Source: Candidatus Poribacteria bacterium
Lineage (GTDB): Bacteria; Poribacteria; WGA-4E; GCA-2687025
Assembly: GCA_002687025.1 (NCBI GenBank)
Contig: NYZG01000444.1
Span: 1 to 42,544 of the forward strand
Length of the DNA: 42,544 bases
Direction of reading: 5' to 3'
The notes below the pieces were generated by a model that saw only the letters and a list, made by a program, of their open reading frames with translations, was not told the DNA's origin and did no database searches. This document shows positions 34,421-41,960 of this stretch, in pieces (the first letter of the stretch is position 1; each line of letters starts with the position of its first letter). The position numbers and the translations under genes are program-made.

Positions 34421-34609
34421 CGTGGGAGTGCGCTCATGCGCGCTGGAGGTTGTGCGCCGCGCTTCCGGGCCGGATGCGCGGCGATCGTGGCGCTACTCGT
34501 CCGCCAAAGGATTGCTTTTCCCGTACCGCTTCAACGACGGCAGACCGGTTCGCAGGTTACGGATGTGCGTCTTTCGGGCGGAACGCCGGCGCAGGATGGA
34601 GAGAGCTTC

Positions 34610-36133
34610 ATGCGTAGATTCCCGTTACCGGGTCGACCGTGGGTTTGGACGTTGGTTCTGGCCGCCGCTGTCGCCATGTCCGCGGACGTTGCGCGCGCGC
34701 AGGGCAGCGAAACCGAGGCGAACGACACCGCGGCGAGCGCGAACGTGATCCCGACCGATGGCTCCGTATGGTCCAACGCATTGGGAACCGGTACTGATGT
34801 CGACTTCTTCCAGTTCGTCGCGACTGCTGGTGAGACGTACACGATCACGACGAGCAATCTGGGCGTCGATGTCGATACCGGCCTGGAGCTCTTCGATATC
34901 GATCCCGATCCGGGCGGCATCGCGCCGGTAAGTGACAGCTTCGGAACCGGCGGCGCCGGCTCCCAGATCGTCTATACGGCGGTATCGGCCGTGACACACT
35001 ACGTCAGGGTCTATGGGTTCGTGCAAAACGCAGGCGTCTACGACCTCAGCGTTTCGGCGGGTGGCGCGCCGGTCGTGCCCGACCTGAACGTATTCGGCGT
35101 CTCCGTCCTCGAGGGCAACGACGAGTTCACGCCGGTGTTCGCCGCCGTGTCCGTGGAGCTGTCCGAACCGACCACCGTACCCGTGACGTTCGACGTGTCG
35201 CTGACCCCGGTCACAGCCACCGACGGGGACACAGACTACCTCGAATTGGCGACGCCATCTGTCTCAATCCCGGCCGGGGACGCTTCCTACGTCATCAACG
35301 TGACGATCGTCGCGGACGCCATCGCCGAGTCGGTTGAGACGTTCGACGTCAGTCTCCTGAATGTCGACGGCGCGAACCCCGTCACTACGACTGCGACGGT
35401 GACGATCGAAAACGACGACCTCCTGCAAGTCCTGATCGAGTCGGATGCCAACGCGGATGGGTCTCCCGACGCCGGCGGGCCGGTGTACATCGTCAACGAG
35501 TTCAACGACCCGAACTCCACGATCAGCTTCGACGTGCTCGGGGGCGTCGGACCGTCTTACACGCTTAGCATCGTGAGCACGCCATCGCTCGGGAAGCTCA
35601 TCGACCCGAACGGCAGCGTCGAGATGTTCGCGGGCGAGTCGCGCGCCATCAGCGAGGGCGGGCTGCTGTTGGAGTTCGCCGGCACGCCGCAGAGCTCCGG
35701 CAGCTTCGAGCCGTCGGACGCGTTCATCATCACCGTTACCGACGACGGCGATGCGTCGCTCACGTCGGGTTCGGTCATCGTCGAGCTGAGCATAAACGAC
35801 GTGAACCAGTCCGTGGTCGTGGACCGCGAAGGGCTCGCGTTCGTTGCATCCGGGAGCGTGGTGAACCTGCCCATCGTCGACTTGACGGACATCGACTTCG
35901 ACGAGATCCCAGATCCCAGCATCTACGATCCCGACGGCGACAGCCTCGCGTTTGCGAACCCCGTGTCCAGCCTGGGCGCGGAAGTGTGGGTAGCGGGCTC
36001 TTCGTTACGCTACGAGGCCCCGATCTACAACGATGTCGCCAGCGCCGGGGGCCCGCTGACGGACACCGTCACGCTGGAGGTCTCCGACAACAGCGGAGCC
36101 CCAGCGCCCCCGTCACGGCGAGCCTGTCCGTGA
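34610..36133 (+). CDS. Large secreted adhesin-like protein, N-terminal part (signal peptide, PPC pre-peptidase-C-terminal-like domain, Calx-beta-like domain, cadherin/VCBS-like repeats), terminated by a frameshift
   Basis: GGAGAG 6 nt upstream of ATG 34610. MRRFPLPGRPWVWTLVLAAAVAMSADVARAQG. PPC-like ETEANDTAASANVI...DVDFFQFVATAGETYTITT. Calx-beta-like VSVLEGNDEF...VTIENDD. The frame ends at TGA 36131-36133, just after a C5 run. Confidence 0.8.
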   Translation: MRRFPLPGRPWVWTLVLAAAVAMSADVARAQGSETEANDTAASANVIPTDGSVWSNALGTGTDVDFFQFVATAGETYTITTSNLGVDVDTGLELFDIDPDPGGIAPVSDSFGTGGAGSQIVYTAVSAVTHYVRVYGFVQNAGVYDLSVSAGGAPVVPDLNVFGVSVLEGNDEFTPVFAAVSVELSEPTTVPVTFDVSLTPVTATDGDTDYLELATPSVSIPAGDASYVINVTIVADAIAESVETFDVSLLNVDGANPVTTTATVTIENDDLLQVLIESDANADGSPDAGGPVYIVNEFNDPNSTISFDVLGGVGPSYTLSIVSTPSLGKLIDPNGSVEMFAGESRAISEGGLLLEFAGTPQSSGSFEPSDAFIITVTDDGDASLTSGSVIVELSINDVNQSVVVDREGLAFVASGSVVNLPIVDLTDIDFDEIPDPSIYDPDGDSLAFANPVSSLGAEVWVAGSSLRYEAPIYNDVASAGGPLTDTVTLEVSDNSGAPAPPSRRACP

Positions 36134-37875
36134 AGATCCAGCCCGTGGCGGAAGTAGCCTTCAACGTGGTGGCGTCCGACGGGAGCTTCGACCGGGACCT
36201 GCGCCTCGGCGTCGGTCCCGAGGGCTCCATTGAGACCGGCCCGTCGACCACGGGCAGCATCACGGACATGACGGCCGAGCAGTCGCCACCGGAGGCCCCC
36301 GGGACCTCTTTCCGTGCCTGGATCGCCAGCACGGGCGCCCTCCTGCGGGACATCCAGGAGATCAGCTCGTCGCCGGTCACCCGCTCGTGGCCCATTTACG
36401 TGCGCACGGGTACTACCGGCGCCGACTCGATCCTACGCTGGTATGCCCCCGACGTGAACGCGCTCGTAATGCAGCTCGACACCTCCACCGGCGTGCCGCA
36501 CTCGGCGACCATCGCCGACCTGGCCACCGGTGAAACCTGGGAACTCACGGGCGACGTGTGGGGCGAGATTTACCTGGCGGACAACCGGTCGTACAACTTC
36601 GACGTGGTGTTGACGCCGTCCGCGGGGGAGACGTTCGTCGATGGGAATCTGATCGCCGGCTGGAACCTCGTATCGGTCCCGGGCATCGGAGATCTGAGCA
36701 ACCTCGACGCGATGTCGAACTCCGCGTTCGTGTGGAACGGCCAGTATCAGGGCGTCGGGTTCCTGACGCAGGCTGAAGTGCCGGCCGTCACGGCGGGCGT
36801 CTTCATCAACTCCAACGGCGGGGCATACGGCCTCAATGTGGACGTTGACAGCTCGTCCATACGGGATGTCACGGCGTATCTCAACGCGGGATGGAACCTC
36901 ATTGGGGCGCCGTCCAACGTGGATTCGGGCTCCGGCCTTCCGGTCAGCAACGTCACGTCGCAGTTCAACAACCAGGCCGCCGTGTTCGCGTACGACCCGA
37001 GTAGCCGCAGCTACACGTTGGCGAATGAACTCGTCGCGGGCAATGGGTATTGGGTCTACAACGACACCGGCACGCAGGTAGATGTCCAGCTCACGCAGCC
37101 GCGCCACCTCGGCCCGGACGGTTCGTCTCTGTTCCACCCGGCGCAGATGGCGGCCGCGCCCGCGTTGTCGAGCCTCGACTGGAGCCTGCCCGTCACCCTC
37201 GCGGCGGAAGACGGCTCGCTGCGCACCGTGCAACTGGGGCTGAGCTCCGACGCGTCGGTCGGCTACGACCGGCTCGACGTCCCGATGCCTCCGCCGCCGC
37301 CGGTTCGGGCGTACTCGCAGCTCTACGTCGCCGTCGACGACGCGGTCGGGCGACTGACCCGAAGCGTCCAGGCGATGGAGCGCAGCGGGACCGAGTGGGT
37401 GATGAACGCGCGCATAGACGGCTCATCGGGTGTCATCGAGTGGCAGCGGCCGAGCGTGCCGGAGCACTGGCGTCTCACCATGCAAGCGGGCGGCAGGCGC
37501 GTGGACATGGCCGAGAGGCAGTCGTTGGCGCTCACCGGCGGCACGCACGATCTCCGCGTCACGCTGACGTGGATCGCCCCGACGGCCACGCGGCTCATGC
37601 CGAACTACCCGAACCCGTTCAACCCCGAGACGTGGATCCCGTTCGAGCTGACGCAGGCAGCGGATGTGACCGTTCGCGTGTATGGGCAGGACGGCGCCGT
37701 CGTCCGCACGCTGGAGCTCGGCTACCGCGCCGAGGGTTACTACACCGGCATCGGGGACGCGGCGTATTGGGATGGTCGCAACGAATCGGGCGAGCAGGTC
37801 GCCAGCGGCGTGTATCTCTACGAGCTGCAGGCCGGCGAGTACCGCGCGATACGCCGCATGGTGATCCTCAAATAG
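36109..37875 (+). CDS. Same adhesin-like protein, C-terminal part in the -1 frame (ORF open from 35986), ending in the FlgD-Ig / T9SS-type C-terminal domain
   Basis: Coding-quality sequence continues in the other frame from ...PVTASLSVKIQPVAEV. Repeated GWNL[VI] motifs. C-terminal NYPNPFNPETWIPFEL...AAYWDGRN...SGVYLYEL. No independent RBS or signal peptide. Confidence 0.75.
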   Translation, partial: PVTASLSVKIQPVAEVAFNVVASDGSFDRDLRLGVGPEGSIETGPSTTGSITDMTAEQSPPEAPGTSFRAWIASTGALLRDIQEISSSPVTRSWPIYVRTGTTGADSILRWYAPDVNALVMQLDTSTGVPHSATIADLATGETWELTGDVWGEIYLADNRSYNFDVVLTPSAGETFVDGNLIAGWNLVSVPGIGDLSNLDAMSNSAFVWNGQYQGVGFLTQAEVPAVTAGVFINSNGGAYGLNVDVDSSSIRDVTAYLNAGWNLIGAPSNVDSGSGLPVSNVTSQFNNQAAVFAYDPSSRSYTLANELVAGNGYWVYNDTGTQVDVQLTQPRHLGPDGSSLFHPAQMAAAPALSSLDWSLPVTLAAEDGSLRTVQLGLSSDASVGYDRLDVPMPPPPPVRAYSQLYVAVDDAVGRLTRSVQAMERSGTEWVMNARIDGSSGVIEWQRPSVPEHWRLTMQAGGRRVDMAERQSLALTGGTHDLRVTLTWIAPTATRLMPNYPNPFNPETWIPFELTQAADVTVRVYGQDGAVVRTLELGYRAEGYYTGIGDAAYWDGRNESGEQVASGVYLYELQAGEYRAIRRMVILK

Positions 37876-37904
37876 CCTCGCGTCACATCGGAACCGAACG
37901 CTTG

Positions 37905-37940
37905 AGCGCGCCTCGCACATGCGGGGCGCGCTTCTTCTTC
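37905..37940 (+). terminator. Intrinsic terminator: 12-bp stem AGCGCGCCTCGC-ACAT-GCGGGGCGCGCT followed by TCTTCTTC
   Basis: Starts 30 nt after the adhesin stop. One G-U pair. A pyrimidine/U-rich tail follows the stem. Confidence 0.7.
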
Positions 37941-37953
37941 AGATGTGCGCGTC

Positions 37954-37967
37954 GTCCCGCGCGGGAC
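37954..37967. promoter_or_regulatory. Perfect 14-nt palindrome GTCCCGCGCGGGAC
   Basis: Read directly. Lies between the terminator and the LamG gene start. Function unknown. Confidence 0.3.
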
Positions 37968-38010
37968 TTGTCACTTGCCGGGCGGGGCCGCAGACTCTGG
38001 AGCAACACGG

Positions 38011-38026
38011 GCGGCGGGCCCGCCGC
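38011..38026. promoter_or_regulatory. Perfect 16-nt palindrome GCGGCGGGCCCGCCGC, 30 nt upstream of ATG 38056
   Basis: Read directly. Lies just upstream of the RBS AGGAGGAAG (38044-38052). Possible 5'-UTR hairpin or operator. Confidence 0.3.
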
Positions 38027-38055
38027 AGCATCCAACTCGGACCAGGAGGAAGCAC

Positions 38056-38814
38056 ATGACTGCTCGACACGGATGCACGGGTCGGGCCATCGCGATCGGT
38101 CTAGCGCTTGCGGCGATCGGCTTTGGCGCGGAGGCCGCCAGCACGAGAGAGCAGTACGGTCTCGTCGCGCTGTGGACCTTCGACGCGGCCACCGTCGCCG
38201 GCGGGGAGGTCGGCCCGGAGTTCGGCGAGAACCCAGGCACGCTCGTCGGCAAGCCTGAAGCCGTGGCCGGATTCCGTGGTGAGGCCCTGTCCTTCGATGG
38301 CGCCGTCGACTACGTGAAGATGACCGACGACATCTTCTTCCCAAGCGTGACGATGGAGGCGATCATCCGCCCGACCCTCGGCAGCCGCAATCCCATCTAC
38401 GACAAGTACAACTACGGCATCCAGCTCAGCGACGCCAACCAGGTCGGGATATGGATACGCGACGACAAGGAGCAGTGGCCGCAGGTCTACACCCCGTGGC
38501 CGACCGACGGCGCGTGGCATCACGTGGTAGGCGTTGCGGAGGACGGCGAGAACGTGCGCATCTATCTCGACGGCAAGCTGAAGGGTACCGCGCCGGCGCC
38601 GAATTCCATCGACATACCCTATGGGGCGGGACAGAAGCCGACGGTGGCATATACGCAACATCTCGGGGGCATATGGTACGAGGGCGATGTCGACGAAGTG
38701 GCGATCTACGAGGGAGCGCTGACCGATAAGGAGGTCGGCGTCCTGTACGGCCTGTCGCTCCGCGTGGACCCAGCCGGAAAGGCCGCGTCGACGTGGGCGA
38801 CGATGAAGCGATAG
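38056..38814 (+). CDS. Secreted LamG domain protein with C-terminal VDPAGK..TW..MK tag (paralogue-like to 11131-11901)
   Basis: AGGAGGAAG upstream of ATG 38056. Signal-like MTARHGCTGRAIAIGLALAAIGFGAEA. LamG end GDVDEVAIYEGALTDKEV. C-terminus RVDPAGKAASTWATMKR. Confidence 0.85.
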   Translation: MTARHGCTGRAIAIGLALAAIGFGAEAASTREQYGLVALWTFDAATVAGGEVGPEFGENPGTLVGKPEAVAGFRGEALSFDGAVDYVKMTDDIFFPSVTMEAIIRPTLGSRNPIYDKYNYGIQLSDANQVGIWIRDDKEQWPQVYTPWPTDGAWHHVVGVAEDGENVRIYLDGKLKGTAPAPNSIDIPYGAGQKPTVAYTQHLGGIWYEGDVDEVAIYEGALTDKEVGVLYGLSLRVDPAGKAASTWATMKR

Positions 38815-38827
38815 CCGGCCGCGGGCA

Positions 38828-39610
38828 TCAGGCGGCCTGGGTCACCGTGTGGGCCAACGTGCGGTAGTGGTATCCGTACTCCGGCTGGAACCCCTCGCCT
38901 TCGTACAGCGCGCGCGCCGCGACGTTGTCCGCCATCACCTGCAAGTACATGCGCCTCGCCCCACCCGCCCGCGCGCGCTCGGCCAGGGCCCGCAACACCG
39001 CTCGGCCGGCGCCGCGACGCCGGCACGCTACCCGCGTCGTCATCCCGAAGACTCCCGCCCACGCCCGCTCGACCGCAGCCCAACCCACGGCCACAGTCTC
39101 CCCATCGATGCGCGCGAGCGCGTACGCGGCCGGCACGGGGACGCGGCGCATGATGTCCCGCCGGCGCTCGGCATCCGGGCCGCTGAACCCGTTGGCCTCG
39201 TCGTACGCCCTCGTCCAGTCGTCGGTCATCGCGGCCGAGGTGTCGACGGATAGGCCGGGCCGAAGAGTAGTTTCGGCCGTGACAACGCTCAGTTCCGCAG
39301 TGAGCACCGCGGTGGGCGCCTCGCGGGCGTATCCCCGGTTGGCTAGGCAAGCATCGAGGCCCGGCGGCGCCGTGGCGTCCGCAACCTGGAAGCGACATGG
39401 CACGCCCCGCTCCGCGTAGAAGCGCTCTGCCAACCGAGTCTTCTCGTCCAACGAATAGCGCCCGCCATCCGCTATGGGCAGAACCGAGTTCGCCCGCCGC
39501 GTCACGCCGCCGTTGAATCGCAGGCGCCAGCCGTCTACGTGCTGCACGATCGCAGCCGGCCATGCGTTCGCGGCGAGTTCCTCGAGGAGCACGACCCGCG
39601 CCTCCACCAT
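38828..39610 (-). CDS. GNAT family N-acetyltransferase (two-lobed, about 260 aa)
   Basis: Start at MVEARVVLLEE (ATG 39610). N-lobe DGWRLRFNGGVTRRANSV. C-lobe acetyl-CoA motif RRRGAGRAVLRALAERA...YEGEGF. Confidence 0.8.
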   Translation of the reverse strand: MVEARVVLLEELAANAWPAAIVQHVDGWRLRFNGGVTRRANSVLPIADGGRYSLDEKTRLAERFYAERGVPCRFQVADATAPPGLDACLANRGYAREAPTAVLTAELSVVTAETTLRPGLSVDTSAAMTDDWTRAYDEANGFSGPDAERRRDIMRRVPVPAAYALARIDGETVAVGWAAVERAWAGVFGMTTRVACRRRGAGRAVLRALAERARAGGARRMYLQVMADNVAARALYEGEGFQPEYGYHYRTLAHTVTQAA

Positions 39611-39887
39611 GCGTCTCCCGTGTTGAGGGAAGCGCGAAGCATACGGCGCCTTCGGCAAGGTCGTCAACGGGCCGCAACGTCCTCTCAGGGCCGTCCGGCG
39701 CCTGGCCCGTGTCGATGAGCTGGGACGTCTCCCGGCGCGCTTCCCCGGACTCCTCCGTGACGCGCTCCCGCTGGAGACACCGGCCTGATCGTGCGACCCG
39801 CCGCCGACGCGGCAGATGCAGTTCTGTGCTACCGTGGCGCTATGTGGGGTGGACGACCCCTGCCCCAACCCGCGCCGGAGGCCGGCA

Positions 39888-40337
39888 ATGCGTAGCGCCG
39901 ACGAACATGTCGAGCCCCGCCGGCTCGTGACCGTAGCCTGCTACAGCCAGCCGCTGGAGGCGCGGCTCGCGCTGACCAGGCTGGAAGACGCCGGGATTCA
40001 GGCGTTCCTCGCCGACGAGCACCTCGTTACCATGAACTGGACCTGGTCCAATGCGGTCGGCGGCGTGAAACTACAGGCCCGCGAGGAAGACGCGACCCAC
40101 GCCATGCGCCTCCTGGACGGCGACACCCCCGCCGTAGAGCCGGACACGGGCGAGACGGCCGAAGACATCTCCGTCGCCTGCCCGCAGTGTGGGTCAAGCG
40201 ACATCCAGAGAGAGTGGCGCCACCGCAGGCTCGTGTACGCTTCGTGGATAGTCTTGGGAGTGCCGATCCCGTTCCTGCGTCGCGGACGCCGCTGCCGGAT
40301 ATGTGGGCATCGGTGGAAGGGACGCGCCGAGAAGTGA
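39888..40337 (+). CDS. DUF2007 (putative signal-transducing) domain protein with a split CxxC...CxxC zinc ribbon and one TM segment
   Basis: VTVACYSQPLEARLALTRLEDAGIQAFLADEH..., then CPQCGSSD, WIVLGVPIPFL and CRICGHRW. GGAGG lies 8 nt upstream of ATG 39888. Confidence 0.7.
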   Translation: MRSADEHVEPRRLVTVACYSQPLEARLALTRLEDAGIQAFLADEHLVTMNWTWSNAVGGVKLQAREEDATHAMRLLDGDTPAVEPDTGETAEDISVACPQCGSSDIQREWRHRRLVYASWIVLGVPIPFLRRGRRCRICGHRWKGRAEK

Positions 40338-40360
40338 GTCGGCTCGGGCGCGTGTGGTCT

Positions 40361-40951
40361 CTACGGTGTGTTCGCGCGCTGCCAGTCTGCCAGGAGTTTC
40401 TCGGCCTGCTGCGCCAATTCCGAGGCGATGTCGTCCCGCACGTCGGATCGCGGCGAGAACACCAGCGCGGTCGTGTCCCATGTCGTCGCCCACGTCTGCA
40501 CGGTGGCGTCTTCGACGAGGCGCTCGAGGAACGCGGGCTGTCTCAGGGAGAGTTCTGCGGAGACGGCGTACCAGCCATATCGCGCGCCTTCGCCCGTGCG
40601 GAGCTCCACGCCGCTGACCCGGACGTACACGTGCTCGGTGGGGATGGTCGGGACACCCGTGACGTGCCACCCTCCGTCGCTCAGCCGCGCCTCGACGACA
40701 TCGCGCAGGGCTCCCGCGGACACCCCCGCCGCGCGTAGGTCATCGCTCAACCCCTCGACGACCACACCGTCGATGTACGCCAGGCCGCGCAGCCCGTAGA
40801 TATCCTCGACCGCTTTGGCAGGGGCGACCATCCTCTTGATGACAAGGAGAGCCTGCTTGGCGAGGTCGTAGTCGGTCGCCACAGCGGCGCCTGCGTACGC
40901 GATGGCGGCTGCCATGGCCACGCAGATGGCGGCTCCGCGTTGTACGGTCAT
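40361..40951 (-). CDS. Secreted or membrane-anchored hypothetical protein (196 aa)
   Basis: AGGATAGGAA upstream of ATG 40951. N-terminal hydrophobic AAICVAMAAAIAYAGAAVA. Good third-position bias. I recognise no family. Confidence 0.6.
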   Translation of the reverse strand: MTVQRGAAICVAMAAAIAYAGAAVATDYDLAKQALLVIKRMVAPAKAVEDIYGLRGLAYIDGVVVEGLSDDLRAAGVSAGALRDVVEARLSDGGWHVTGVPTIPTEHVYVRVSGVELRTGEGARYGWYAVSAELSLRQPAFLERLVEDATVQTWATTWDTTALVFSPRSDVRDDIASELAQQAEKLLADWQRANTP

Positions 40952-40997
40952 AGGTTGGCGGGTTCCTATCCTCGTGTAGCCGGGATCACGGTGATTC

Positions 40998-41507
40998 TCA
41001 CAGTCTGAACCGGCGGCCGTGGACCGTCTGTCCATCGCCCCACTCTCGGCCGTCCGCGGGCCGCATATCCATGAACAGCTCGACGTGGCCGAGGTTCACG
41101 AACCCGGCCTGATGGAAGAAGCGGATTGCGTCCGCATTTCGCGCGACCGGCCGCACGTTGAGGTAGCGCACGCCAAGCGTCCGGGCCTCAGCCACCACGC
41201 GCGCCACAAGCAGACCTCCCACGCCTTCCCGGCGACATTCCGGCGAGACGACGACGGGCTCGACTTCCGCCTCGTCGTCCTCCACGATCAGACCTGCGAA
41301 TCCCACGACCGACCTGGCGACTTCGGCCACCCAGACGCGCTCCGCGCCGACCCGCGCCAGATGCCCATCGAACGCGAGGCCCGGATCCTCGCCGCCGATG
41401 GTCGGGTCATCGTACAGGTCACGGTGCGCCTCCGTGAGGGCCGCCCATAGACCTCGGCAGACGCGCAGGTCCGATGGGCCATAGGGCCGTACGACGGTCT
41501 CTGTCAC
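40998..41507 (-). CDS. GNAT family N-acetyltransferase (169 aa)
   Basis: GTG 41507 (VTETVVRPYG...). Motif A VSPECRREGVGGLLVARVV, then IRFFHQAGF. Confidence 0.8.
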   Translation of the reverse strand: MTETVVRPYGPSDLRVCRGLWAALTEAHRDLYDDPTIGGEDPGLAFDGHLARVGAERVWVAEVARSVVGFAGLIVEDDEAEVEPVVVSPECRREGVGGLLVARVVAEARTLGVRYLNVRPVARNADAIRFFHQAGFVNLGHVELFMDMRPADGREWGDGQTVHGRRFRL

Positions 41508-41960
41508 TGGCTGGCGTTCCTGGCGCGTCGTGCCCGCTGAGGCTGGACTCCCTACATCCGCGTCAGATGATTGCGCGTTCCGTCGCGCGGAGCAAGCCGC
41601 CGCCAAGGGACTGTCGCAGGCGGCCCTCCCACATCGACACGCCTCGGGTCCGCACGACGGGTGGCCGACGCCTCGCATCCGTCGCGACGGCTACGGCGAA
41701 GGCGGCCCGGTGGTTTGCCCTAGCCACGCCGACTCGGGCCACGGCGCCCACGCAGCGCGCGTGCGACACCGTTGGGACACCATCCGCCGTGAGCCCCGGA
41801 CGACGGCGTACCCAGGCCCATACCGTAGGCGCAGGGCCCGTCGGCGATGCTGCGAGGGCGCTCCCGCACACAGGCTACTGATGAGAGGGCGTGCGCCTGA
41901 GGCATGACGTCTCCCGCTTCGCCGGCACTGATCTCGGCCGCGTCGACGCGTGACGCTCGG

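Noticed and set aside
34436-34609. ATG 34436 as the start of the adhesin gene (ORF track start)
   Set aside because: The first 58 codons (MRAGGCAPRFRAGCAA...) are Arg-rich and precede a textbook signal peptide. That signal peptide begins at ATG 34610 and has its own RBS. The segment is more likely a 5' leader. The same reasoning applies to the minus-strand ATG 34437 for pepF.
36099-36111. Programmed -1 ribosomal frameshift signal
   Set aside because: I see no canonical X XXY YYZ heptamer and no obvious downstream pseudoknot or hairpin by eye. A homopolymer indel (error or mutation) is the simpler explanation, so it is reported as an open question rather than a call.
37050-38258. 402-aa plus-strand ORF spanning the adhesin 3' end, the terminator and the LamG gene start
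   Set aside because: It is out of frame relative to two well-supported genes and reads through a strong terminator hairpin. The product is extremely Arg-rich.
38828-41507. GNAT toxin-antitoxin modules
   Set aside because: There is no small RHH/DUF1778-type antitoxin gene adjacent to any of the GNAT genes. The GNATs have ordinary sizes and contexts.
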